A stretch of 64,000 nt of DNA from a virus. Of the stretch, positions 1 through 10,543 are shown piece after piece; the first letter of the stretch is position 1, and each line of letters starts with the position of its first letter. The position numbers were made by a program, and so were the translations under genes. The DNA is taken from the IMG/VR virus record IMGVR_UViG_3300045789_000711, positions 1-64,000 of that record. The stretch is one strand, 5' to 3'. Under the pieces are notes generated by a model. The model saw only the letters and a list, made by a program, of their open reading frames with translations, searched no databases and was not told where the DNA came from.

Positions 1-3000
1 CTTTGTTGCTAAAGAGTTTACCAGACTTACCTTGTGGATCGTGAATGGCAATTACATCGCCCACAGGGAAATAACGCGCTGGGTTAGTGCGCCATCTACC
101 GCGTGATTGGTACTTGGTTGATGGCTGGTTTATCTCAACGCTATTAAGCTTGATTGTGATGCCATCAAATATGTCTTGGCTATTGATAGCTTCGTTAGAC
201 TTGGTGGCTTCATTTTCAAGGGTAGCGCGGAACGCCTCAACGGTTGCCGTGTCTTCGGTGCTGGTTTCCACTTCCGGCTCGGGTGTTACGGGGTTCAATA
301 CTTTGCTGATGGCGTCACGGTCAGCGTAAGTCTTCATAAGCAGCTCTTTGACTTTCGAGCCGAACTGGCCATAAACCAACTCACTTACACCCGCGTTAGT
401 ATCAAGCAGCTTTTCAAGCACGGCCAATGCGGCACCTTGCCAGTAATCGGCGCTAATGCCAGTAGCAAAGCTGTCAGCCTTAAGTAGATCAAGAACGATG
501 TCAGATCCACTCTTAACGACTTCATCAAATACCCAACGCGCCCACTTGTCCTTATCATCTTCGTTAGATGCTTCGGCCTGTTTGTAAGCAGCTTGTACAC
601 CCTTGGTAATAATGGCTTCGTTCTCGGCCTTTTTCTTTTCAGCCACAAGCTTGAGCGCTTCAAACTGATTACCGCCAGCGGCTTTAAAGGCTTCCCAGTT
701 ATCAAACTCTGCAGGCATTTTGCCACCGTAGAAGCGAACCCAACTGAAATCATAAGTACGCTGGCCCTTAACCATATCGTCAAAGTCGCTGGTGCCTTTT
801 TCAGTAGCAAGATAGCTGTCCATGGTAGTTTTCGCCCACTTAGAGATTTCAGCGGCGCTGGCAGCTTTGCCGTGTTCTTCTATGTTGGCGTCCCATTTGT
901 TACCCAATATGGCTTCGTAGAATGAAATGGCCGTGCCGCTTGAGTTGGTGCGCTCTTTGCGGTCAGCTAGAATCCATACGGACAAATCACGTTTAAGTGT
1001 TTCGTTATCAGGATCAGGATAAACAAGTGTCTCGCTTAGTTCTTTCTTCACTGCTTCGTAATTGGCAGAAACAAAAGCAAATCCGGTACCGTCACGCAAC
1101 AAGAGTATTTTACTGCTGCTGTAACTGTTGCCAATGCTGGCAGCGCTGATAGTAAGCAAGCCCTTACCAATGGCCCACCTGAACTTTTCTTCTGTCATGA
1201 GCGACTTGATAGATCCTGTTTTGATGCTATCAGTAAGCGCATTCTTAAAGTCAATTTCTGACTGGGCTATCGTTGTTTCATTTCTAAGTGAGCCTAAGCT
1301 GATATCGGTTTCTTTGCCGAGTTTCGTTTGGCCATAGCTTGACGAAGAGTAAAGCAATTCACCCTTGGCAGTTTTGAAATTGAAATCGATAGAGTTGATC
1401 CGGTAGATGAGGTCAGTTCGACCGCCATGCTTTGAGAAATCAGCGGCTTCGTACTGCTTACCAACGGCTAAGGTTTTACCCTCAAACACAATGAACTTGT
1501 CGCCATGATCAAGTACAGCTAAATCGATGTCACCAATAAGGCCAGTCTCAATCGCTTTCTTCACAGTAGGGCGTAAGCGCTTAAGCTGTGCGTCAGCGTT
1601 ATCGATACGGGTCTTTAATCGCTCTAATGCAACTTGCTTGCTGCGTTGTGATGAAGCGATGGCCATAAGCCCTACTAACTCTTTGCGCGCGTCCTTTGCT
1701 TCACTTAGGTAGTAGTTGCGCATGGTGCTTTCTTTGTCTTCTGACAACGTGGTATAGCGCTCTAAATTGCCTTTGACACGTTCAATGTCGGCAAGGGCTT
1801 TGCTTAATTGACTGTTAGCACTGGCAAGGTCTTTGGCAACGACTTCTTTGTTAGCAGATCCATCGTGTGAGGCTTTGATGTAATTGTTTAAATCAATCTT
1901 AGCTCTAATCGTTTGGGCTGCTCGTACTTTATCTAATGCCTTTTGCTGATTAGCCGCTATACGTGCTTCACGTTCGCCAGCGTCTTTAGCAAGTAGCAAG
2001 CTCATTTCTTCATTGTTGCTAGCGTCGGCATTGTCCATACGATCTAGGTCAGAAGTGAATAGCTCATTCATCCATTCAGCTTTACGCTTAAGTGATGATA
2101 AGCGGAACTCATCAAATGAGCCTTTGCCGACATAGTAATGCGCTCGTACTTTCTTCTGGCTTGAGCCAACACGCGCACCACGGCCGTTACGCTGCTTGAT
2201 TGATGCAGGCGTCCAAGGCAATGTTAAGTGATGGATGTCAGTTGTTCCGTGGTGCAGGTTTACGCCTACTTCTGCCTTTTTGTTGGCAATAAGGATCTTA
2301 TGTCTGCCCTCGTTATATGCCAGTGCCACTTTTTCAAGTGAGGCTTGTTCGTTATCGGCGTCCTTACCGGATACCGTGTCAGCGTTAATGATAGCGATGT
2401 CGTTAGGCTCTAGGCCCAAGTGATTCACGATGATGCGAGCCAGTTTGTTGTGCTGGGTTTTCTCTTCGGTGAATATGATTTGTTTGCCGTCTTCTAGGCC
2501 TGCTTTGAGGTTTTCAATAAGGCGCGCGTACTTGGGTGTAATAGGGTGGCTGATCTCATTAGATTTAATGCCGAACTGTTCAACGAGTTTCATCACTTCG
2601 TTTTCAAATTCTTGATTAACAACTAACGTTACCGCGCTGTCGCTGGTGGCCACTTTGGCATTATGAGCAATGCTTAAGGCTGTTGTTTCAGCGTCTTCGT
2701 CGCCTTTGTCGTCATCTTTGACTTTCAGGTTTAGCGTTGCAGGCAAAGCCGCTACCAGCTTGTTAACTTGCTCGGTTTTATCTGCAGGGAAAACAAACGT
2801 CATTTGCTTGTTATACAAGTCGATGTCAGTTGTCACGCGATCCATTTCACGAATGATTCTAAACACGCTATCAACGGGTATACCTTGCGCCAGCATTAAT
2901 TCCTTGTCGGCTTGCGTAAGCTTACTTAACTCTTCTGCACGAACGCGCAACTCTTCATAGATAGCTTGCTGCTCATCGGTCATAGGGCATTCTTGCTCAA

Positions 3001-6000
3001 CGTCCACGATGTCGGGAATAGCAACGGTTTCAGACACGTCTTTAGCGGTCTTAAGGTTTACATGGCGGTGAAATAAGCTGCGCAAGCCGGATAGGTTTTT
3101 AAAGCCCACTAGCGCGGTTTTCATTTCTACTTCGCCCGATAGCTTCTGCACTGGCATTTCATCGGTTTCACCAAATACCCGCACAAAGTCGTCAACGTCA
3201 ACAATGCCTAACTGGCTCCACTGATCCGGTGTCATGACGTGAGATAGCATGTTAAAGATATCGGTCGGACTGTTTACGGTTGGTGTTGCTGATAGCAGCA
3301 CAACGCCACGGCCCCCGTTTTTCTCTTTAATCAATTGGCCTTTTAACGATAGGTCAACCGACACTTGAGCGCTGGCCTGTGTTGGCAGGTAAGCCAGTTT
3401 TGATGCTTCACGTCCCGCTTTGTAGCTGTTCCGGTAGTTATGGCCCTCGTCGATGATCACATTATCAAAGCCCATATCTTCAAAGTACGGCACGTCTTCG
3501 GCTTTCTTCGTTCCGGTATCGGCATATTTCTCTTTGAACTTGGCATTTTTAAGTGACTCGCGGTGCTTCTTAGCGTCAGCAACGTACTTACCGCCAAGCA
3601 TGCCAGCGTCAACCATTTTAGAAACGAACTCACCCACTGATTCAGGGCGCATAGGTATCGATGCGTACTGCTCTTTGGTCATAACAACCGTAGTGAAGTT
3701 TGAATGCGGGATCATGTTCAGTCGCGTTTTCACTTCTTTGCTTGAAAGCGCCTTAATTTTATCGCGTTGCATTGGTTGGTTAGTGTTGCGGTTTAGCTTC
3801 ACTTCGCCTTTTTCGTCAAGCACTGTTTCTTGCTCAACTTCGCCACCTTTTCCGATCACCGGTTCTACGCCAATAAATAAAATATTGCTCATGTTTTGGC
3901 GACCAAAAAACGCTTTGGACTCGTGATACCAGTTATCAATAACCGACTTAGGAACAACCAGTGCGGTACGACGTGCGCGGCCCAATTCAGTGTTATAAGC
4001 AATTAAACCTAAAGCCGTTGCTGTTTTACCTAGTCCGGTACCAAAACCGCAAATACCGCCGCCTGTTTCGCTTAAACGTCGGATTTCAGAGCATTGATAA
4101 TCAAAGTTAACGATTTCACCGGATGTGTTCTCAAGGCCAAGTGGTGCGCCTGAGTGTTCAATAGGGATAAAGCCATTAAACTTATCGTTATACAGGTTGG
4201 TGATTGGGTCGATGTCGTCGTGTTGACGGATCCAAATACCAAACTCGGCTTCTAGGTCTTTGATCCGGCTTTTGTAGGCCGATGCTGCTGCAGCGTCAGA
4301 GCTGCGCACGGGTAAGCCATTGAGGTAGTTTTCAATCTGGCGCTCAAACTGCTCATTTGTGCTGCTGCGCTTTTTGCCGTCACGTAATTGGTAGCCAGAA
4401 AATAGACCGTCATCGCCGTTGTATTCCTTATTATCAAATTGATTGCCTAATTCGTCCTCTTCAACGCGTGAGTATTCAAGCGATGAATAGCCGTTAGACT
4501 TTAAAAACTCAAGCACATAATTTCGTGGTACCCACTTTGCCGACATAGTGATGTCGATAGCGTCAACGTTCGTTCGCGTTCGTTTGCGTTCGATAGCGTC
4601 TAGCTGGGCTTGGTAGTTTTCCAAGATAGGTTTACTGGTTTCGTTGGCCATGGCAGCAAGTAAGCGCTCGCGGCCTGCAACGATGTTACCGCTAGTTGCA
4701 CGGTCAAGAGGGGCAAGCATGCCGTCAGGGGTGATAGCGATACCCTCAATGGCGGCTAGCTGTTCAAGTGTTTCAAGTGTTCCCGTGTAAACCTGCAAGA
4801 AGTCTTCAAGCGGTACGGGTACCAAGTCACGCACTGAAAACAAGTTAGCGACTGTTTGGGTTGCATCTTGTGGATCAAACGCAATGGTTTCACCTTTAAC
4901 GACTTCACCCTTTAGCAGTGCTGAGAACTCGCCATTTTTATCAAGTGATGCAGAAAAAGCATTCCAGTAATTAGCGTTGCGGCCAGTGAGTACAGTGAGT
5001 GATTTATTGTTGGCTGGGGTGCCATACTTTTGAGACTCGGCCAAGATAAGCGCACGGGCCTCGGCTAAAATCGTTTCGTCCGGCTCATCGCTATACTGCA
5101 GTGCTTGGATGCGCATACCAATGATAGAGCCACGGATCACTTGAGCCTTGTACTTATCATCAACGGTATTCGATAGCTTAATGAAATCACTGAGTAGCCC
5201 ACGGGTTAGGTAAGGGTAGTCGGTGTTGATGGCCATAAGCTGATCGTAAGACAGAGCTAAGGCACCTAGCGGGTTAGAAAGCATGCTATCAAGTGCGCCT
5301 AAGCTCGATGCACCGTAACGTTCAGCATTGATAGTGCCGTCGTCGTTTTCACGCTTAATCAGTTCCCAGTTACCGTTTACTAGTGACATCCAGCGGCCGT
5401 TAATCAGCTTTTCGTCACCCTCTGCATAAGTGATTGGTAGCGGTTCGGCTGCGTTCAGGCTGTCCCATTCGATGCGGGTTTCAAACTTGTGCGATAGCTT
5501 TTCTTTAAGTTGTAAGTTCGTTAGTGCGTTATTGTTGTTAACGACGAGCTTATTTTGAAAGCTTAAGCGTTCAGACTCGCCATGAACAAAGCGCTTGCCC
5601 TCGGCTACATCGAACCACTTACCACTAATGAACGTATCCCAAAGCACGTTAGCCGCTTTCAAATCAGCGTCTTTAAGTTTGGGTAGCTTCTGGGCCAAAT
5701 CGTCCGAGTGTTTACGCAAAAAGATAACGTCAGTCACAACGTCGGTACCGGAATCACTAAACACGCCTGATGGTAGTCGATGAGCGCCTAAGAACTCGGC
5801 TTTACGACTGATGAGGCGGCGCATTTTCTTGTTGTCTTTACCGCTTACAATGCGAGTAGGTACCACTAGGCCAATAAGGCCACCAGCTTTAACCTTATCA
5901 ATGACGCGCACGACAAAGTAATCAGCGATGTTAGTAAACTCTTTTGATGCTGGGTCAGAGTCCAATACAGCGGTTTCACCTCGGGCGGTACCAAATGGCA

Positions 6001-6658
6001 CGTTACCCACACAGCTATCAAACGTGCCGTCTTCGACTTCTGCAGCAAGCTTTTCAAAGGGCTGGTTAAGTACCATATCTTCTGGGTGAAGCAATTGGTT
6101 AACTGAGCTTGATGTCTGATCAATCTCACTGGCCGTCATGAGTACGCCTTGCGGCTTGCTCGCTTGGAATACGCCTGTGCCTGATGATGGCTCTAATCCA
6201 TTGCCACCAGTAAAGCCCATGGCTTTTAAGCCATCCCATACGCCCGATGCAATCTCGATAGGCGTGTAATACTCATGGATATGGCCACCTGTATTACTTA
6301 CTGTGTCGGTACCGCCAATGCCCGAGTAACGGCGCAATGTCTCGATGTCGCTTTCAGTAAGCAGGCTGTTGTCACCCTTAACACGTTCAATCACTTCGAT
6401 AGCAGCGGCGTTAGCCTCTTTTCTGAGTCGGTTTAATGACACGTTATCGACTTTATGCACCCCCATAATAGGCGCTTTATCTTCCGTGCTGGTGGCCGCT
6501 CCGGTGTCCGGTGCTTCGGGTTTTTCTGATGTATCCGGTGTGTCTATTGCTGGATCTGATGTGGCGGGTTCATTGAATGAGCTTTGCAGTATCGATTGGA
6601 TCTCGGCTGTCTGCTTTGCCCCCATAATTTTAGCGATAATTTCTCTGATTTCTAACAT
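1..6658 (-). CDS. darB: DarB-like anti-restriction protein (N6-adenine methyltransferase + SNF2-type helicase), >2219 aa, 3' end outside window
   Basis: Absent from ORF track because its stop lies outside the window. ATG at 6658 with GGAGG RBS. Motifs read in one frame: EYYTP, LEPSSGTG, VGNVPFG (MTase); GFGTGLGKT, IIDEGHN, LLSATP, QRNGRGAR (helicase). Divergent from portal as in P1. Confidence 0.92.
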   Translation of the reverse strand, partial: MLEIREIIAKIMGAKQTAEIQSILQSSFNEPATSDPAIDTPDTSEKPEAPDTGAATSTEDKAPIMGVHKVDNVSLNRLRKEANAAAIEVIERVKGDNSLLTESDIETLRRYSGIGGTDTVSNTGGHIHEYYTPIEIASGVWDGLKAMGFTGGNGLEPSSGTGVFQASKPQGVLMTASEIDQTSSSVNQLLHPEDMVLNQPFEKLAAEVEDGTFDSCVGNVPFGTARGETAVLDSDPASKEFTNIADYFVVRVIDKVKAGGLIGLVVPTRIVSGKDNKKMRRLISRKAEFLGAHRLPSGVFSDSGTDVVTDVIFLRKHSDDLAQKLPKLKDADLKAANVLWDTFISGKWFDVAEGKRFVHGESERLSFQNKLVVNNNNALTNLQLKEKLSHKFETRIEWDSLNAAEPLPITYAEGDEKLINGRWMSLVNGNWELIKRENDDGTINAERYGASSLGALDSMLSNPLGALALSYDQLMAINTDYPYLTRGLLSDFIKLSNTVDDKYKAQVIRGSIIGMRIQALQYSDEPDETILAEARALILAESQKYGTPANNKSLTVLTGRNANYWNAFSASLDKNGEFSALLKGEVVKGETIAFDPQDATQTVANLFSVRDLVPVPLEDFLQVYTGTLETLEQLAAIEGIAITPDGMLAPLDRATSGNIVAGRERLLAAMANETSKPILENYQAQLDAIERKRTRTNVDAIDITMSAKWVPRNYVLEFLKSNGYSSLEYSRVEEDELGNQFDNKEYNGDDGLFSGYQLRDGKKRSSTNEQFERQIENYLNGLPVRSSDAAAASAYKSRIKDLEAEFGIWIRQHDDIDPITNLYNDKFNGFIPIEHSGAPLGLENTSGEIVNFDYQCSEIRRLSETGGGICGFGTGLGKTATALGLIAYNTELGRARRTALVVPKSVIDNWYHESKAFFGRQNMSNILFIGVEPVIGKGGEVEQETVLDEKGEVKLNRNTNQPMQRDKIKALSSKEVKTRLNMIPHSNFTTVVMTKEQYASIPMRPESVGEFVSKMVDAGMLGGKYVADAKKHRESLKNAKFKEKYADTGTKKAEDVPYFEDMGFDNVIIDEGHNYRNSYKAGREASKLAYLPTQASAQVSVDLSLKGQLIKEKNGGRGVVLLSATPTVNSPTDIFNMLSHVMTPDQWSQLGIVDVDDFVRVFGETDEMPVQKLSGEVEMKTALVGFKNLSGLRSLFHRHVNLKTAKDVSETVAIPDIVDVEQECPMTDEQQAIYEELRVRAEELSKLTQADKELMLAQGIPVDSVFRIIREMDRVTTDIDLYNKQMTFVFPADKTEQVNKLVAALPATLNLKVKDDDKGDEDAETTALSIAHNAKVATSDSAVTLVVNQEFENEVMKLVEQFGIKSNEISHPITPKYARLIENLKAGLEDGKQIIFTEEKTQHNKLARIIVNHLGLEPNDIAIINADTVSGKDADNEQASLEKVALAYNEGRHKILIANKKAEVGVNLHHGTTDIHHLTLPWTPASIKQRNGRGARVGSSQKKVRAHYYVGKGSFDEFRLSSLKRKAEWMNELFTSDLDRMDNADASNNEEMSLLLAKDAGEREARIAANQQKALDKVRAAQTIRAKIDLNNYIKASHDGSANKEVVAKDLASANSQLSKALADIERVKGNLERYTTLSEDKESTMRNYYLSEAKDARKELVGLMAIASSQRSKQVALERLKTRIDNADAQLKRLRPTVKKAIETGLIGDIDLAVLDHGDKFIVFEGKTLAVGKQYEAADFSKHGGRTDLIYRINSIDFNFKTAKGELLYSSSSYGQTKLGKETDISLGSLRNETTIAQSEIDFKNALTDSIKTGSIKSLMTEEKFRWAIGKGLLTISAASIGNSYSSSKILLLRDGTGFAFVSANYEAVKKELSETLVYPDPDNETLKRDLSVWILADRKERTNSSGTAISFYEAILGNKWDANIEEHGKAASAAEISKWAKTTMDSYLATEKGTSDFDDMVKGQRTYDFSWVRFYGGKMPAEFDNWEAFKAAGGNQFEALKLVAEKKKAENEAIITKGVQAAYKQAEASNEDDKDKWARWVFDEVVKSGSDIVLDLLKADSFATGISADYWQGAALAVLEKLLDTNAGVSELVYGQFGSKVKELLMKTYADRDAISKVLNPVTPEPEVETSTEDTATVEAFRATLENEATKSNEAINSQDIFDGITIKLNSVEINQPSTKYQSRGRWRTNPARYFPVGDVIAIHDPQGKSGKLFSNK

Positions 6659-6685
6659 GTAATGCCTCCGTTTTAAGGTGGCCGA

Positions 6686-6724
6686 ATGCTACCACTGGCT
6701 AAATAGGGTCACTTAAAAACAGGG
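6686..6724 (-). promoter_or_regulatory. Putative late promoter for darB (CCCTGTTTT ... TAGCAT)
   Basis: Same motif and spacing as upstream of prt, Rz and gp23. Confidence 0.6.
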
Positions 6725-6744
6725 CATTTAAGCCCGTTTGGCGC

Positions 6745-6788
6745 TAATTCCCCTGTTTTTTCGTGGGTTAGGGTCGCGTTGGTATCAT
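6745..6788 (+). promoter_or_regulatory. Putative late promoter for prt-pro (TAATTCCCCTGTTTT ... TATCAT)
   Basis: Shared late motif 28 bp before a -10 hexamer; no canonical -35. Confidence 0.6.
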
Positions 6789-6819
6789 CCTCTGATTCTG
6801 TTAAAGAGCTGGGGTTAAT

Positions 6820-8487
6820 GTGGGCGACAAAGAAGAGACAAAAGGGCTGATATCTGTATTTAAGCAGCTCTTTTCAGGTTTTAAAGAAGAGGATAACGAC
6901 AACTACGGCATTAGTTTTGAGACGGGTAACGCTACCAGTTCTCGCTTTCCTATTGATAGCGGTGGCTTTGAGAGTGCCACCAACGGGGTAAAACTATCCG
7001 GTGCCAGTAACATACATTTAAGCGAATTTGTTTTGCCTGATGGCCGTATTGAGCGCTATTCCATTTATCAGGAAATGGCACGATCTGAGTTGGTATCGGC
7101 AAGCCTGCAGATGCACATTGCTTATGCACTGGCCCCCGATATGGAAACGGGCAATATCATCGAGATTGAATCGGATAATCCAGAGTATGCAGAATTAGCC
7201 AAAGAGGTTAACGCCGACTTAAGCAAGATGATTAACGCAAACATCACTAGCTGGGCTTGGTTGATGTGTATCTATGGCGTTCACTATATCCGGCCATTTG
7301 GTGAAGTAGGCAAGGGCATCACTGATATTGAGTCTAATTACTTCACGCTAGCCAAGCATATTAAAGAGTATATGCGGGGCGATAAGTTAAGCGGGTTCAC
7401 GTCGGAATACCTAAAAGAGAAAGATGGCCAAAACATTAGACTGGCCGAACCATGGGCCTTAGTAGCGCTTAAGGTGCCTTTTTGGTCGCCTAGTCTTGAT
7501 TGTGAACCGGATAACATGGGCGCTCATAAGTACAGCCTGTACACCGACTTACACCGCCGCTCACCCATTGAAACACAAAACTACGGGACATCATTTTTAG
7601 AGAACGCTTACACCTCTTGGGCTGAATTGTCCGAGTCAGTTAGATCGTTGCGTGGTTCCCGTTTTAATGCCAGTCGAGTAGACCGATTCATTGCCGTGAG
7701 TATGGAGGGCTTAGATCCGGCCGCGTCAGCTACCTATATGAACAAAGTCTCTTCACAAATGCGACAAGACGAAGAGGCTGAGGGCCGTATCGCCAAGCGT
7801 AAAGGCTTAATTGCTACCGTATGGAATAAGATTATTCCGGTGCATTCAGGCGGTAAGGGCGGTGTCACTATCGACACACAGCAAACATCACCTGATATCA
7901 ACGGCATTGAAGATACTTTGTTTAACCTTAAGCGCTTCTGTTCTGCCATGGGTATTGATCCATCACTCATTGGTTGGGGTGACTTGATGCAAGGTGGCTT
8001 AGGCGATGGTGGCTGGGCGAGAACAAGTATTATTGCTGCACTGCGCGCTAACTGGATACGCATTGGCATTCGAGAAATGACGCTACGCCTTATTGATATT
8101 CACTTGGCGTACAAATACCAAAAAACATTCCCGCAAAATCAATCGCCATTCGTTGTTAAGTTCCATTCAATTAACACTGCACTGGCCATAGAGAAAGCCG
8201 ACGAGCTGCAAGCAAAAGCAGATTTCACAACGTCAGTGGCCACTGTCTTGGACATGATCAACCAAGGCACCTTAAAGCATTCCAAAACATTCAAGACTAA
8301 TACGATGTCAGCACTGGGTATTAGTGACGACGATATTGAATTAATCCTGAAAGAGTTGGAAGACGCACCCAAAGAAGACGAGGGCGGCATGTTTGAGTCG
8401 GTTAGTGGGTTAAGCATTGAAGAGCGTTTAACAAGGCTCGTAAACAATAGATTATCTGAAATATTTGAGAGTAAAGACGATGAATAA
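6820..8487 (+). CDS. prt: Portal protein (P1 Prt-like)
   Basis: 555 aa, GTG start, between darB and the protease as in P1; GLGDGGW segment typical of this family. Confidence 0.85.
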   Translation: MGDKEETKGLISVFKQLFSGFKEEDNDNYGISFETGNATSSRFPIDSGGFESATNGVKLSGASNIHLSEFVLPDGRIERYSIYQEMARSELVSASLQMHIAYALAPDMETGNIIEIESDNPEYAELAKEVNADLSKMINANITSWAWLMCIYGVHYIRPFGEVGKGITDIESNYFTLAKHIKEYMRGDKLSGFTSEYLKEKDGQNIRLAEPWALVALKVPFWSPSLDCEPDNMGAHKYSLYTDLHRRSPIETQNYGTSFLENAYTSWAELSESVRSLRGSRFNASRVDRFIAVSMEGLDPAASATYMNKVSSQMRQDEEAEGRIAKRKGLIATVWNKIIPVHSGGKGGVTIDTQQTSPDINGIEDTLFNLKRFCSAMGIDPSLIGWGDLMQGGLGDGGWARTSIIAALRANWIRIGIREMTLRLIDIHLAYKYQKTFPQNQSPFVVKFHSINTALAIEKADELQAKADFTTSVATVLDMINQGTLKHSKTFKTNTMSALGISDDDIELILKELEDAPKEDEGGMFESVSGLSIEERLTRLVNNRLSEIFESKDDE

Positions 8488-9481
8488 AAAATTAGGCGTG
8501 TTAGATACAGTAACAAGTACGTTTAACCTTAAGGATCATGGCCGCTCTGATGGTAACGGCCGTGGCTACTTGGTTAACTCAGTAAGAAAGCTAATAGACT
8601 CTGTTCAATTTAAAGAGCGCTTAAAGCTGGGTGAGTTATACGGGTACTTTGGCCATAACTTAAGACAGTTAACAGGCAAGATGGATCTCGATGAGGTATC
8701 CGTTATTCAGTATAAGGGTAAGCCCGTTGTTATTGAGACGGTACCAAGTAACCGCACTATCCATTTTGATGTGAACGACGAGGGCATTGTTACTCACACT
8801 CAAGAGATTTTAGATACTCCGTCAGGCCGTGCTGTGAAAGCAATGCGGGATGCTGGCGTGGGTGGCTGGTCTTGGGCCGTTATGGGTGTGCCTACTGCAC
8901 TGGGCGCTATTGCTCGTTCATTCCATGGCTTTGACTTCGTTAAACACCCTAGCTATATCGACAATGACAAGATGCAGCAATTGTTTGAAAGCGTGGGCGT
9001 TAATGATGAAGACGCGCTATTAGAAAGCATGTTCGAGTCTGCGGGGTTTGATGCTGGCCAGTCAGCCAAGCTATTAGGGATCTTAAACAAGCGTAGCCCG
9101 TCAGTGGTTGAGTATGAAGAGATTACCCAAGACGTAATGATGCTTGAGTCTGCACTATCTAGTCGTGAGTCAGAACTAGCAGCGTTGTTAGCTGAAAGCG
9201 CTAATCGTTCTGTTCGTATGCTTGAAGCGGTAAGAGCATCACCAATCTTTACCAGTGAACGCCAGTTAGCGGCCCTATCTAATATGGCTACTGATGAAGA
9301 TAAAGAAATTGTTGCGGCATTCTTTGAATCATTATCTAAGTCTATTACTGATTTGCCTTTAGCTGGTGGCCAACGCTCAAGCTTAAGCATTAAAGAAAAT
9401 CGTCGTAATGATAGTGAAACAATGGCTCATGCCGTGTCGTTCACTGGCCTTAACAGCTCACCATTTGCACCGCGCAACTAA
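8480..9481 (+). CDS. pro: Prohead protease / head-processing protein (P1 Pro-like)
   Basis: ATG at 8480 overlaps the portal stop; YGYFGH, HTQE, GGWSWA, GFDFV..P protease-like motifs followed by a coiled-coil C-terminus. Confidence 0.85.
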   Translation: MNKKLGVLDTVTSTFNLKDHGRSDGNGRGYLVNSVRKLIDSVQFKERLKLGELYGYFGHNLRQLTGKMDLDEVSVIQYKGKPVVIETVPSNRTIHFDVNDEGIVTHTQEILDTPSGRAVKAMRDAGVGGWSWAVMGVPTALGAIARSFHGFDFVKHPSYIDNDKMQQLFESVGVNDEDALLESMFESAGFDAGQSAKLLGILNKRSPSVVEYEEITQDVMMLESALSSRESELAALLAESANRSVRMLEAVRASPIFTSERQLAALSNMATDEDKEIVAAFFESLSKSITDLPLAGGQRSSLSIKENRRNDSETMAHAVSFTGLNSSPFAPRN

Positions 9482-9494
9482 CAGGTAATTAATC

Positions 9495-9833
9495 ATGACT
9501 GAAAGTAATATTTTTTACCTCGCCATTATCGTGATCTCATGCCTGTACTTTGCTGCTAAGAAGCTACACGCCAGAAAGTTAGCGCTTGCCTATGTTGGTA
9601 ATGGTTATCAACGTTATCAAAGCAGGCCCATAGTTCGCTTGGCTTATCGTATTAAACTACGTGATGTCATCATGCCAGTGGATGAGACAACCAGCGAGAT
9701 AGCCATTGATGGTCAGATCGTCTGCTTTAAGCATTATCAAGAAGTGGTGGCGGGTGACTATGTGGTTAATAACGGTGAAAACGATATATATCATTGTCCG
9801 GCTACCGTGTTTTCTGATCGCAATATAGCGTAA
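9495..9833 (+). CDS. Hypothetical phage protein with N-terminal TM helix and PGDY-like motif
   Basis: 112 aa; VAGDYVV..G..DIYHC....F resembles PGDYG-type phage proteins. Confidence 0.55.
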   Translation: MTESNIFYLAIIVISCLYFAAKKLHARKLALAYVGNGYQRYQSRPIVRLAYRIKLRDVIMPVDETTSEIAIDGQIVCFKHYQEVVAGDYVVNNGENDIYHCPATVFSDRNIA

Positions 9834-9849
9834 TAGGTACCGACAAAAT

Positions 9850-9884
9850 AAAGCCCCCAGAGTAGTAACACTGGGGGCTTTTTT
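9850..9884. terminator. Bidirectional intrinsic terminator
   Basis: AAAGCCCCCAG-N10-CTGGGGGCTTTTTT between convergent genes. Confidence 0.85.
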
Positions 9885-10158
9885 ATTGCTCTTGTGAAGC
9901 AATATTCTTTCTAAGCTCAATCATCCGGTCATTCTGTTGCTTGATAATCAGCTTTAACGTTTCGCTGTAGGCTGCTGCTTGTATCCACTGAGTCCCTAGC
10001 GGCTTTGGTATTTCACTAATTTGAATCAGGCTTGCTGGTGGCACTATCGGTACCCGCACTGTCTTTGTGATCACTATCGGCGCTGGTGTTGGTGGTGTCG
10101 AAGAGCATGCTGATAACGTTGTCAGGCATAGGGCTAAAACTGCAATTGTCTTTAACAT
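9883..10158 (-). CDS. o-spanin lipoprotein (Rz1-like)
   Basis: Lipobox LSAC, Pro-rich segment, overlaps the 3' end of the i-spanin in another frame. Confidence 0.85.
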   Translation of the reverse strand: MLKTIAVLALCLTTLSACSSTPPTPAPIVITKTVRVPIVPPASLIQISEIPKPLGTQWIQAAAYSETLKLIIKQQNDRMIELRKNIASQEQ

Positions 10159-10474
10159 CTTTCTTTGTTTCCTGTAGCAAATTAGCGATACGCTGGCTTA
10201 GGTTCGTATTCTCTTTGTTAACCTGTTCAGCCATCGATTTAGATAGCTGCTGTTCCTGTGCGGCTTGCTTGGTAAGTCGCTTTATTTGATCTAGGTTATC
10301 CAGTGACAACGCCTTAGCGTCTTCAAGTTCACGCGTTAGCGCTTGCCTGTCGCCGTCCAGCGTTTGATTGATTGTTACCAGTTCAGCGTTTTTTTCCTGT
10401 AGGCCATCGACAAACAGATAAATCCCCAGACAAAGCGCTATCACCAGCAAGTACGGTAGTAATTTAAGGCTCAT
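10016..10474 (-). CDS. i-spanin (Rz-like)
   Basis: N-terminal TM helix, coiled coil, C-terminal C....P motif; overlapping lipoprotein gene. Confidence 0.85.
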   Translation of the reverse strand: MSLKLLPYLLVIALCLGIYLFVDGLQEKNAELVTINQTLDGDRQALTRELEDAKALSLDNLDQIKRLTKQAAQEQQLSKSMAEQVNKENTNLSQRIANLLQETKKDVKDNCSFSPMPDNVISMLFDTTNTSADSDHKDSAGTDSATSKPDSN

Positions 10475-10503
10475 GTATTCCCCCTTGGTTGTTTGAGAGG
10501 ATG

Positions 10504-10542
10504 AATATACCTAGGCCTAACCGTAATCGCTCAAAACAGGGG
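10504..10542 (-). promoter_or_regulatory. Putative late promoter for spanin operon (CCCCTGTTTT ... TATATT)
   Basis: Shared late motif 28 bp before the -10. Confidence 0.6.
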
Positions 10543-10543
10543 T

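Noticed and set aside
87-6662. Numerous short ORFs in the track
   Set aside because: Antisense or alternative-frame shadows of darB
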